Of a DNA stretch of 64,000 nt, positions 40,561 through 51,395 are shown piece after piece. This DNA is from Eledone cirrhosa (Eukaryota). The notes beneath the pieces are model-generated. The model made no database searches, was not told the origin of the DNA, and worked only from the letters and a program-made list of their open reading frames with translations. The stretch lies in the NCBI GenBank assembly GCA_964016885.1, contig OZ024743.1, positions 4,712,001 to 4,776,000 on the forward strand, given 5' to 3'. Within the stretch, counting starts at the first letter, position 1; every line of letters starts with the position of its first letter. A program made the translations under genes and the position numbers.

Positions 40561-43500
40561 ATGACCTCACTCAGAATAGGCAGCATAAATGCGCGTGGCT
40601 TGGGGTCGTCATGGAAGCAGGGTCACCTGCTCAACGACCTCAGGTCACTAAACATAGATGTAGTGGCCATCAGCGAGACCAGAATCTCCGAAGCACGGGC
40701 CTTCGCACCGATCTTCGGCGGCTACGATGTGTACGCATCTCCCAGCCGTCCTGGATCGGGTGGAGGAGTTGCTGTGCTTTTTCGGAGAGGTTTGGATCTC
40801 GCCATACGGGCCATCTTCCTGGACCCAGAGGGTAAGCTGGTGGTGCTGGACGTGACCAGCGGAGACGGGCAAGCTTTCAGGCTAGTGGCCGTCTATGCCC
40901 CGACAGGAGCAGGGCGGCCTGATTTCTTCCGGCGTCTGGAGACCTTTCTTGGAACGTCGCGCTCTTTAGTGTTAGTGGGCGACTGGAACGGGATCTTAGA
41001 TGCACGCTGGGACTGTGTGGGATTAGCGGATAGGGGTGGAGGGTGCAAGAGCCTCACCAACCTGCTCAGGCGTTTTGAATTGTCTGACAGGTACCGATTG
41101 GATTTCCCGAATGTGCCAATGTGGACTTGGACAAACCGCATAGGGTCATCCAGATCATATCTAGATAGAGTATTTTGTAGGGAAATAGATAGGTCTAGCA
41201 TAGGCTGTCCACAATTCAAGATAGTCAGCTACACGGACCACAAATTCGTGATCTGTGTGCTTGACTTAGATAGGCTTCATAGACGAGGACCCGGCTACTG
41301 GAAGCTAAACGCGTCCTTACCAGCGCGCAAGGCCTACAGAGACCGGATTAGCGAACTAGTTAAACGGGCGTTGACGGGGGCCATCGTCAACAACAAGTGG
41401 TGGTTTGCTCTGAAAAGAGCGATTAGAATAGAATCGATTAGATTTAGTAAGGCTTTAGCAATAGAGAAAAATAGAGCAGAGGGAGAACTAGTTAGAAAAT
41501 TAGACGAGGCGCTTAGCAAAGGCATTGCGACCGACGTGCTTGCGGCGAAATTGGCCCTTGACCAATTCTTCAATGCAAAGCACGAAGGCTGCGTTGTCAG
41601 AGCAAGGGTGCGTGCTCTCAGACACGAGGGGACGAAAGCCGTTCAATGGGCCCGAGTGGCGGAGGCGCGTCGTGGCAACAAAGCCACGATCCGGTCTTTG
41701 GTGGACCACGACGGGCGCATGCTACTCGATCCCGGGCAAATGTGTGAAGCTTTTCAGCGACACTTCGCTCAGCTGTTCGGGGGCAGCGGTGGGCCGGGTA
41801 GAGGGATGGACTTTAGTGTCTACCTCGACGGACTGCCGCGGCTCTCGGCCACTGAGGCGAAGTGTTGCGAAAAGCCGATAACAGCCGCTGAAGTAAGGGA
41901 GGCAATGACTGGCTGCACAAGGGGTAAATCGCCTGGTTTGGATGGTCTGCCCTATGAACTTTACGTACAGATGCCAGACTTGTTCGGAGGCCTCTTGGCG
42001 GACGTCTACTGCAACTGGCAACAGAACGGGAGAATTCCCAGTTCTGTGAGCCGAGGAGCGGTGGCACTGCTGAGAAAGGATCCGAACAAGGGGGATAACA
42101 TAGACAATTTCCGGCCCATAACTCTGCTAAACACAGAGTTCAAGATTTTGGCCAAGGTGCTAGCAAAGAGGTTGGCGCTTGTCGTTGGTGGTCTGGTAGG
42201 AGAGGCGCAGACATGCGCCATTCCCGACAGATCCATACACGACAACCTCCACCTCATGCGATACATCGTAGAGAGGGTAGCTAAGGAACCTGGCACGGGT
42301 GGGTCCTTGATCAATTTAGATCAGTCGAAAGCTTTCGATAGGGTCGACCATCGTTACCTAGCGGCAGTCCTGAGGGCGGCTGGCTTTGGGCCCGTCTTCA
42401 GAGGCTGGATCGCTGCCATGCACAGCGACATCTGCTCTGTGGTGAGAGTGAACGGTCACCTGTCGGAACCGTTCAACATCATGCGCTCGGTCCGCCAAGG
42501 ATGTCCCCTCTCGTCCCTCTTGTACGTATTGACTCTCGAGCCATTACTGCACAAACTGGAGACGTTGAGGGGGGTCCCGCGCGAACTAGGATGCGGAAGA
42601 TCCGTATCAGCATATGCGGACGATGTCACCGTAGTGGTGTCGAACGCCAAACACATCGAGGCGATCGGCACTACACTAAGAGAATACGAAGCGGTGACAG
42701 GAGCAATGATCAACCAGGAAAAGTCAGTGGGCCTGCAGCTCGGCACCTGGAGAGGCAGGTCCATGCCGTCCAACAGCGTCGTCGGGCGCTGGACGGACGG
42801 ACCGGTTAAATTGCTAGGGGTCTGGTTCGGTCCGGACCTCCAGACGGACAAAAACTGGGACGAGGTGACGAGCAGGGTGGCTTCTCTCACCCAGAAATGG
42901 GCGGAGAGGAAGCTATCCCTGAAAGGTCGAGCGGAGGTGGCTAACGCGTACATCGCGTCTGTCATCTGCTACCGCCTAACCGTCGTACCTTGTCCTAAGC
43001 CTCGCCTGACTGCGCTGGAGCGTTTGCTCTTTCGCTTTTTGTGGAAGGGACGTGCTCCGATGGTCAGGCGGTCCATCTGTTGTCAACACCCGCTACGTGG
43101 AGGGCTGGGCATGCCGTGGCTGATGATGCGCAGGCACGCGCTCAGGCTACGACATCTCCACCTCTTCCTCGACGGTGATCAGGTGTGGTCGCCGTTTGCT
43201 AGACGCGTTTTTCCCCAGCTCGTTTCCTTGACGGAGCTGCAGTCCTGGGTCAAGCGAAGACTGAGAGGGAGCGCCTGGAGACTGGAATGTCTTCAGGCGC
43301 TCACAGCCCTCGACCAATCGGGCAATGTGATCGGTGGAAACTCCACCTCGGCGTTCTATAGAGGATTAGTGGAGGGGAAGAGCGACGACGTACTTGGGGA
43401 AACTCTAGGCGTCGACGAAAATCAACTAGCCAATCTCTTCGGAAGAACTTTCGGGCCAGGGCCTATGGACAACTTCCAGAAATCTCTGGCCTGGCAGTGC

Positions 43501-43980
43501 TACCGAGGAGCCTTGCCAGTTCGGGATAAACTCTACAGGCATGGAGGTGCCGTCAGCCGGGCATGTCCGAGATGCGCGCAGGGCGACGAAACCGTCCTGC
43601 ACGCACTCGTCCAGTGTCCGAAAATTGCTGACTTGTGGGTTTATGTCGAACACCTGCTGTCGCGTTTAGGACGGATCCAGCTATCATCTGAGTCTATCGT
43701 GAGGATTGCCCCGCCCTCCTCCTTTAGCCGGGAAGGGCAGGCAGTTTTTATCTGTCTGGTGGCCATGGCGAAAGAGATAGTATGGTGGACACGTTTGAAA
43801 GGGCTGAAGACGAGCACTTACCTCTTCGGTGATGCTCTGATTGACTTTTTCAAATTTCATTTGAAAAGGAAAATCAGAGTAGAGAAGGAAGTGCTCTCTT
43901 CCCAGCATTTTGTTGAAAGATGGGTGAGAGAAGCAAGAATGGCCCGAGTGAATGGGCCGACTCTGAGTATATATCTGTAA
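40561..43980 (+). CDS. ORF2: APE endonuclease, reverse transcriptase and C-terminal zinc finger; 1139 aa, uninterrupted
   Basis: SINARGL, SET, VYAP, GDWN, YLDR, TDH (APE); KSPGLDG, NFRPITLLN, KAFDRV, RQGCPLS, AYADD (RT); CPRC..HALVQC. Confidence 0.96.
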   Translation: MTSLRIGSINARGLGSSWKQGHLLNDLRSLNIDVVAISETRISEARAFAPIFGGYDVYASPSRPGSGGGVAVLFRRGLDLAIRAIFLDPEGKLVVLDVTSGDGQAFRLVAVYAPTGAGRPDFFRRLETFLGTSRSLVLVGDWNGILDARWDCVGLADRGGGCKSLTNLLRRFELSDRYRLDFPNVPMWTWTNRIGSSRSYLDRVFCREIDRSSIGCPQFKIVSYTDHKFVICVLDLDRLHRRGPGYWKLNASLPARKAYRDRISELVKRALTGAIVNNKWWFALKRAIRIESIRFSKALAIEKNRAEGELVRKLDEALSKGIATDVLAAKLALDQFFNAKHEGCVVRARVRALRHEGTKAVQWARVAEARRGNKATIRSLVDHDGRMLLDPGQMCEAFQRHFAQLFGGSGGPGRGMDFSVYLDGLPRLSATEAKCCEKPITAAEVREAMTGCTRGKSPGLDGLPYELYVQMPDLFGGLLADVYCNWQQNGRIPSSVSRGAVALLRKDPNKGDNIDNFRPITLLNTEFKILAKVLAKRLALVVGGLVGEAQTCAIPDRSIHDNLHLMRYIVERVAKEPGTGGSLINLDQSKAFDRVDHRYLAAVLRAAGFGPVFRGWIAAMHSDICSVVRVNGHLSEPFNIMRSVRQGCPLSSLLYVLTLEPLLHKLETLRGVPRELGCGRSVSAYADDVTVVVSNAKHIEAIGTTLREYEAVTGAMINQEKSVGLQLGTWRGRSMPSNSVVGRWTDGPVKLLGVWFGPDLQTDKNWDEVTSRVASLTQKWAERKLSLKGRAEVANAYIASVICYRLTVVPCPKPRLTALERLLFRFLWKGRAPMVRRSICCQHPLRGGLGMPWLMMRRHALRLRHLHLFLDGDQVWSPFARRVFPQLVSLTELQSWVKRRLRGSAWRLECLQALTALDQSGNVIGGNSTSAFYRGLVEGKSDDVLGETLGVDENQLANLFGRTFGPGPMDNFQKSLAWQCYRGALPVRDKLYRHGGAVSRACPRCAQGDETVLHALVQCPKIADLWVYVEHLLSRLGRIQLSSESIVRIAPPSSFSREGQAVFICLVAMAKEIVWWTRLKGLKTSTYLFGDALIDFFKFHLKRKIRVEKEVLSSQHFVERWVREARMARVNGPTLSIYL

Positions 43981-44241
43981 ACTAAAGGTGGAAAACTGGG
44001 AGAGGGCACTTGCCTTGGTGGTCAGGGTCATTGTGGCTTTTTACTGGGCTTTCTCCACAAATGTCCCTCCGAAGTCTCCCCCCTATTGGGGAATTTTTCA
44101 TTGTTATTTTCATTGTTATTTTTGTTACATCCTCTGTTTTTGTTTTTTTTACACGCAGAAATGCCCATTTGTACCGTCCTGCATTGTCCTGCACTGTCCT
44201 TAATGTCTACTTTATGTAAACCCTTGTGGTTAATAAAGAAA

Positions 44242-44286
<45 letters not shown>

Positions 44287-44287
<1 letters not shown>

Positions 44288-46695
44288 AGTTGCATTTATC
44301 TTGCTTTATGTTCATACGAGTTATCACCAAGTCACAACCAGTGACCTCAAGAGACAACAAGGTCCGCCATGTTCAAGAAAGAACATACATATTCACACAT
44401 GCATCTTTAGTGTTTAGACTTGTGACGTACTTATATTGACAGAATCTTCCTTAGTATATGGGCAGTTCCCATTAATACTATCTTTTGTATTTCTCCTATA
44501 CGCGGGTTTCCTGGGATTTGCGATATGTAATCATTAGACCCCTTAGGTATCATTTCCAGAGCGCCTACAACCACTGGTATTGTTTTAGTTCTCAATTTCC
44601 ACATTTTTCCAATTTCTATCTCCAGGTGCTTATACTTGCTCAATTTTTCAAATGTTTTTATAGCTACATTCTTGTCTATTGGAACAGACATATCAATTAG
44701 CAGGCATACCCTCTTTTGAAAGTCTTTCAATATTATATCAGGTCTGTTTGCATCTATTTTTCGGTCTGTTTGGATGCTAAAGTTCCACAAGATTGAGATG
44801 TGATCTTTTTCAAGTATGGGAGGTGGTTGACGCTCCCACCAATTCTTTTGATGGGGCAGGTCAAAATGCTTACACATTATCCAATGTATGTATTGTGCAG
44901 CTCTGTCATGCCTGTTTAGGTATTCGGTTGGAGCTATAGGACTGCACATTGAAATTATATGGTCAATGGTCTCTGGTTGTTTTTTACATACACGGCATAA
45001 TGGGTTGCATCCATTTTTCATTATGTTGGCTTGGTAATTTTTTGTTGGCAGACACTGATCTTGTGCTGATATAATCAGTCCTTCAGTCTCCGATTTCAGT
45101 CCAGAGGATGCCAAACATTGATGGGTTAAAGTTTTGTCAACATCAGGATTGTTAGCTCTTTCTGGGTATTTTCCATACAGAGGCTTTTCTTGCCATTTCT
45201 TAGCCAGTTTCTGTAGCAGTTCTTTCTTTGCAGTTACTTTTACCTGCTTTGCTTTTTCTGTGTTTTTCATTTCAGCAGTAAATGGGACTTCTGAAATTTG
45301 TAGTCCATTACTGTATCTTTGTGCATCTTTTGTAATGGAGTATGATCTTTTGATGCTTTCGTGTTTCAAAACGAGTTTGATCATCCAATCATGTGATTCC
45401 CTTAGATATGTAGATAATCCAATTGTTGCAGTTTTCAACGCAATGTCTAACTGGATTAACCCACGTCCTCCTTCTTTCCTAGGGAGATATATTCAATCTG
45501 TATCTGCCTTAGGGTGATGCATTCTGTGCATGTTAAGAATTTTCTCATTTTTGTATCGTGCCTACGGATCTCTGTGCTTGACCAGTTGATGACATTGTAA
45601 CTGTAGGTTACTACTGGTATGGCAAGCGTGTTTATGGCATCGATCCTATTCCTTGCATTCAATTCCGTTCTTAAGATTGCTCTGACTCTGCGGTAACATT
45701 CCTTCCCTATCCTTTCCCTCATTGTCGAGTGCTTGATTCCGTCTCCTTCACAAACACCTAGATATTTGTAAGTTTCCTCTTGATCAAGTTCTCTTATCAC
45801 GTTCCCCCGATCAAGATTAATGTCTGAACTTTTCAGCAGCTTTCCTCAGGTGAGCGTTGCTTTGGCGCATTTATCTAGTCCAAACTCCATTTTAATGTCA
45901 TCACTGAACTGCTCCACGGTGGATCCTTACAATTGTTCATCATTTTTTGCAAATAGTTTCAGGTCATCCATATAGAACAAGTGATTAATGATTTTGTCAT
46001 AGACTTTATATCCATGTTTTGTTTCATTGAGCATTTTACTTAATGGTATAAGCGCGATGCAGAATAAAAGCGGTGATAATGAGTCACCCTGAAAAATTCC
46101 ACAATTAATATTAACTTCTCCAGCTTCCAGTGATTTTTTTTCACTATTCAAAAGGAGTGTCGTTTTCCATGTCTTCATACTGAATGACAAAAACCTCCTG
46201 ACAACGGGAGATATTTTGAAAATCTCTAAACATTTTTCAATCCGACTGTGTGGCAAACTATCGAATGCTTTTATATAATCTATCCAAGCAATTGATAGAA
46301 TTTTGTGTCTATTATGACAATCTTCCAGTATCATTTTGTTAACCAAAAGCTGAGCCTCGTTTACACCCCTTCTGCTCATTTGTTATCAGGTGGTTATATG
46401 TATATTCAGTTAGGACTGATGTTAACATTTTATACATTGTGGTCAAGCAAGCTATCAGTCTGTAATTTTGGAGATTGTTTGTCTCATTATTCTTCGGAAG
46501 CAGGAATGTAATGCCGTTAACTAGCCATGATGGTATCTTTTCTGGCTCGTTAATATATTTCATTGTAAAGTTGGGCTAACAGCTCATGAGACTCTGTGAA
46601 GGCATTTATCCAAAAATTTGGTATTTTGTCTTTTCCTGGGAATTTCTATTTGCTGGTTTTTCTAAGAGCCAAACGCAACTGTTCAACTGTTCAAC

Positions 46696-46697
<2 letters not shown>
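44287..46697 (-). mobile_element. R4/Dong-clade RLE LINE, 5'-truncated and frameshifted (copy 1)
   Basis: RT motifs FQGDSLSP and YMDDLK (45927-46379); CRVC..HIISMC, RHD, RPDI and K..KY RLE motifs (44431-45438); (TAA)n at both ends. Confidence 0.92.
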
Positions 46698-46730
<33 letters not shown>

Positions 46731-46732
<2 letters not shown>

Positions 46733-49472
46733 ATCTTTGAGTCTCAGTCATTGATGTTAGTTAACTGGAAAGTTTGTTGAAATGAATATCAAGCCACTAC
46801 CTGCAGCCTCAGATATTCAGGACGTATTCAGGACGTTCCCAGCAAGCATGCCTTTTGAAGTGTTCCAAAAAGCGGAGCGGGGCCAATTTTCTTTAACCAT
46901 CCCTGGAAACTTTTTGAGATAGTACCTAGTGCGCCTATGACAATCGGGACCACTTTGACTTCATGGCAGTTCCAAATCCTTTTTACCTCCCACTTTAAGT
47001 CCTGGTATCGGTTAATTTTCTCCCTCTCCTTCTCTTGCACTCTCATGTCGAATGGGCAGGCCATATCCACAATCAGGCACGATCTTTTTTCCTTGTCCAA
47101 AACCACCAGGTCAGGTCTATTGTGTTCCAGTTTCTTGTCCGTCTGTATCCTAAAATCCCACAGCACCTTCACCTGATCGTTTTCTATCACCGACTCTGGC
47201 GTATGCTCATACCACTTCTCGGAATGTGGTAAATTGTTTACTTTGCATAGGTGCCAGTGGATCACCCTGCCCATCACATCATGTCTCCAGCCCTTATAGT
47301 GAGTCTGGGCTAGGTGTTTACTCTCGGATACAATGTGAGCCACAGTCTCCTCTCTCTCTCCACAAATCCTGCACAGTGGGCTAGCCTCCTCCTTGTAAAT
47401 ATGGTGTTTCAGCCACTTCGTTTTGAGGGCCTGCTCTTGCGCAGCCATTAACATTCCTTCTGTAGCCTTTTTAAGGTCTCCTCTTTTCAACCAGTTCCAT
47501 GTCTGTGGATCTCTGAATTCGGTTTTCTCAAAGAAGGTACTATGAAGGGATTTTTCATGAAGGTTGCTCTTTCTCCTTGATGTTATTTCCTCCTTGGACA
47601 TCCCCTGGTCTATTGTCCTATCCTTCAGTACAATTCTGAGCATTGGCTCCTTACTATCGGTCACGTATTTGTGTAGGTTGTTTTTCTCCATCTGAACACA
47701 GTCCTCTATGCTGATAAGACCTCTTACACCTTCATATCTCCTTAAGTAGAGTCTATCGACATCACCCCTCTTGTGGAACATGTTGTAGATAGTCAATAGC
47801 TTCCTAGTCTTCCTATCCATTTCTTTTTGTTCAGCAACATTCCTTCTCAGAATTCCCGCACTGTACCTAATAATAGACACAGCTCGGGAATTTACTGCAC
47901 TTATGGCATTCCTACTGTTCAGATGTGACTTTAATACGCTCCTTATTCTCCGAATGTATTCAGATTTTATCAATTCCTTCATTTTTTTGTTCTTGATGTC
48001 ATCAGCCTCCAGAATACCCAAATACTTGTATCCTTTTTCAGTGTCAATTTCCTTTATCATCTCACCTGTTGGTACCTGGATTCCGTTGCTTCTGCTCAAT
48101 TTACCCCCTCTTCATCACAAGGACTCCACACTTACTAATACCAAATTGCATAGATATATCATTGCTGAAAATACGGACAGTGTCAACAAGCACATCCAAC
48201 TCCTTCTCACTCTTCCCGAAGAGCTTAAGATCGTCCATGAAGAGGAGGTGATTGATGGTAAGCTCTCCCTTTCCCAACTTGTATCCTGCTCTCACTTTTC
48301 GCAGTATAATAGTCAGGGGCATCAGGGCAAGGACAAACAACAGAGGGGACAGACTATCTCCCTGGAAGATACCTCTTTTGATCTTCACGCCTCCGAAGGA
48401 TTCTCCAGCTGATGTTAACTCTGTTTTCCAGAACTTCATACTTTTGCTCAACAACTGTCTGATGTTATCTGCCACCTTGAAGATCTCTAGGCTTTTGGTG
48501 ACCCAAGAATAAGGCACCATGTCAAATACCTCTTTGTAGTCTATCCATCCCATAGCAAGACCAGTGTGTCTCCTCATTACCATCTTATCAATAAGTAACT
48601 GGTCCTTTGTACCACGGGACTTCTTTCGGCATCCGTTCTGTTCGTCCGGTAACAAGTTGTTTGTGTGGAGATGATGGTAGATTTCCTCAGACACAATGCT
48701 TGTCAACAGTTTCCACATTACGGACAGATATGTGATAGGTCTATAGTTGGTAACATCATTACTCTTGATTCGGTCTTTCATTACCAGGACTGTGGTACCC
48801 TTTGTCAACCACTCTGGTACCTCACCCGACATCAAGCAGTCATTGAACATGGTTGTCAGTTTCGGGTGGAAGGATGTTATATTTTTAATCCAATACCCCT
48901 GCACACCATCTGGGCCTGGTGATTTCCAGTTGGTTAGTTTTTTGGCCTGCCCCTTAAGCGTTTCAACTGTGATACTCAAATCAGTTTGTTGGTGTGCCTG
49001 TTCACTGATCTCCTTCTGTACTGTCTCAATCCACACTGCTTGGTCATTATGTTTAACATCCTGCTCCCATATTCCACTCCAGAATGTCTTAGTTTGTTCC
49101 GCCTCAGGGATCAAGTCGTTGCCTCTTTCTTTCCCTTCAAGCTGTCCAAACAACAACATCTGGTTGTTGTCAAACATGCGGTTCTGTCTATACTGCCTGA
49201 CTCTGCTCTCCTATCGCCTAATTTTTGCACTCTTTGCTACAAGGCGTTGCTTCAGTTCCTCTATGATAATATTTAGCCTTTTCCTCCTAGTTTTGTACTT
49301 TATTTCCAGTCTATTTTTAGTGTCTATGTTTTTTAGTGTCCCATTCAGTAGGGACTCAAGCTTTCCAATGTCATTTCTCATTTCCTTGATTTGACCATTC
49401 AGTCGTTTCTTCCACCAAGGTTCTGATCTTTCTTCTTTGTTGTTTCCTCTCGCTTTTATGCCAAGTAATTTC
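46731..49472 (-). mobile_element. R4/Dong-clade RLE LINE, different subfamily (copy 2)
   Basis: NWKSPGPDG, FQGDSLSP and FMDDLK (48101-49177); CRIC..H, RHD, RPDL and K..RY (46828-48099); (TAA)n at both ends. Confidence 0.92.
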
Positions 49473-49535
<63 letters not shown>

Positions 49536-49546
49536 CATATATACAG

Positions 49547-49585
<39 letters not shown>

Positions 49586-49662
49586 GCGTGTGTGTGTGTG
49601 TGTATGTGTGTGTGTGTGTGTGTGTGTGCGTGCGTGTGTGTGTGTGTGTGTGAAATAAAAAG

Positions 49663-50468
49663 TGACAAAGTGCTGTGTGGTTACTAATAAATATTATTTG
49701 GAAAAATATAAGAGAAACACAAACATAAACAAGGACAATTCCTGCTCGTCGGTTGTCTTCTGTGGATCACAGATGTTTCGAATGCTTTAAAGACAGTACA
49801 TCTCACCATAGTGCGTTGATAACTAAGAGCGATAGTTATTCGGGGGGGGGGGGGGAATAACCAAAAAAACACAAACGATAACGAAGAGAACGACAAAAAA
49901 AAAAGAAAACAAAGAAGAAAGATTTCCGATAGAGAAGGGGAAACACGAGACACTAGTACATGTAAGTACATTAACCAGGGGAAGAGATGGAGAAGTTAAT
50001 ACGGAGACCGAACATAAGTCCTGAACCCGTACCAACAGCACGAGGAAGAGCGAAGAAAAACACGTCTAATCATAGCGAGAACAGGCGCAAAGAGGAAGAA
50101 ACGAAGGAAAACGGAAGTGAGAGGGAGGTAGGGGAACAGAGAGAGCGAGGGGGAGAAAGGAGATAGATGGTAAGAGAGAAAGAGAATAAGTGAGTGGCAA
50201 AGAGAAAGGGAAAGAAAAAAGAGGAAGAAAGGAAGAAGGAAAGAAGTTAATTCAAATTGGCTGAACTTAAGTTAAAAACCGAATTAACATTAACAAGCTA
50301 GATAGGATGGAGAGAGAGAGGAGAGAACGGAGTCACAGCTATAAATTGATATGAATTAAAACTTGACAATGGTGCTGTGTGGTTACTAATAAATATTATT
50401 TGGAAAAACATAAGAGAAACACAAACATAAACACAAGGACAATTTCCGCTCGTCGGCTGTCTTCTGTG
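49663..50468 (-). mobile_element. Terminally redundant non-coding element (about 100-bp direct repeats, period about 700)
   Basis: GTGCTGTGTGGTTACTAATAAATATTATTTGGAAAAA at 49670 and 50392; degenerate HHR-like GAAAC motif near 49765-49810, minus; strand tentative. Confidence 0.6.
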
Positions 50469-50509
50469 AATCACTCCTATTACGCTTAACGCTGCCTTAG
50501 TACAGTGCA

Positions 50510-51082
50510 ATTGTATGGCTCGGAAAAGCTTTTTCTTAGAGCTATTTAATTGTAAGAGACTACTCTGAGTTTCTAACTCACTATATATTTGTGGGCTCCA
50601 TCATGTAGAGCTAATTTTAATGTCCTGTTAGCCAGGGTGCTATTTTTAGCGGCATGGAATTTCGAGACATGCTGGGTTCCGAAGACACATGTAATAATTC
50701 TTATCGCACGCAATTCAGTCTATAATATTTTTAGAAGTGGAAGGATCACTAATTTCTCAACAACTACCGAGGAGCAAAGAAAAGAGTGGACTTTACTTAA
50801 TAAGATGTTGCGAAACAGTCTCCAAAACTGTCTAGTTGTTACCAGGCGATTGCCCAATATAGGTCTGTTATTTTTCTTAATTTAATATTTAAAATTAAAT
50901 CTGACAAACCATATTGCTGTAGTTAGTATTTTTTCACCCTAGCAAACTTGTTCCTTACGATTCGAATACATGTATGTTTATATTAGTGTTCTTCTCTCTT
51001 GTTTACTAATTATATTGTACGGTTCGGAAAAGCTTTTTCCTTAGAGATATTTAATTATAAGAGACTACTCTGAGTTTCTAAC

Positions 51083-51092
<10 letters not shown>
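50510..51092 (+). mobile_element. Terminally redundant HHR-bearing unit (period about 505)
   Basis: About 78-bp direct repeats at 50510-50587 and 51014-51092; HHR in the middle; ends in (TA)n. Confidence 0.7.
50759..50840 (+). ncRNA. Type I hammerhead with U4C core variant
   Basis: AACAACUA-CCGAGGA-GCAA...UUGC-GAAA-CAGU CUCCAAA ACUG-UC^UAGUUGUU; perfect 8-bp stem I, GUC triplet. Confidence 0.8.
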
Positions 51093-51148
<56 letters not shown>

Positions 51149-51171
51149 CATACATATATATATATATATAC

Positions 51172-51304
<133 letters not shown>

Positions 51305-51334
51305 AAATAGAAACTATATTTACAAAACCATATT

Positions 51335-51395
51335 TATTCTATTATATATATTTCAAGTGTACCAAAACTTTGGTACGCTCTCATCAGATAAAATA
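51335..51395 (-). ncRNA. Type I hammerhead ribozyme, family C
   Basis: UAUUUUAU-CUGAUGA-GAGCGUACCAAA GU UUUGGUACACUU-GAAA-UAUAUA-UA^AUAGAAUA. Confidence 0.8.

Larger units (their letters stand above)
38220..44243 (+). mobile_element. Full-length Tx1/L1-clade non-LTR retrotransposon in (ATT)n
   Basis: 5' UTR, ORF1, ORF2 and 3' UTR ending AATAAAGAAATC; (ATT)n at 38196-38219 and 44244-44286. Confidence 0.93.

Noticed and set aside
39568-43653. Antisense and alternative-frame ORFs within the Tx1 element
   Set aside because: Shadow ORFs of GC-rich coding sequence.
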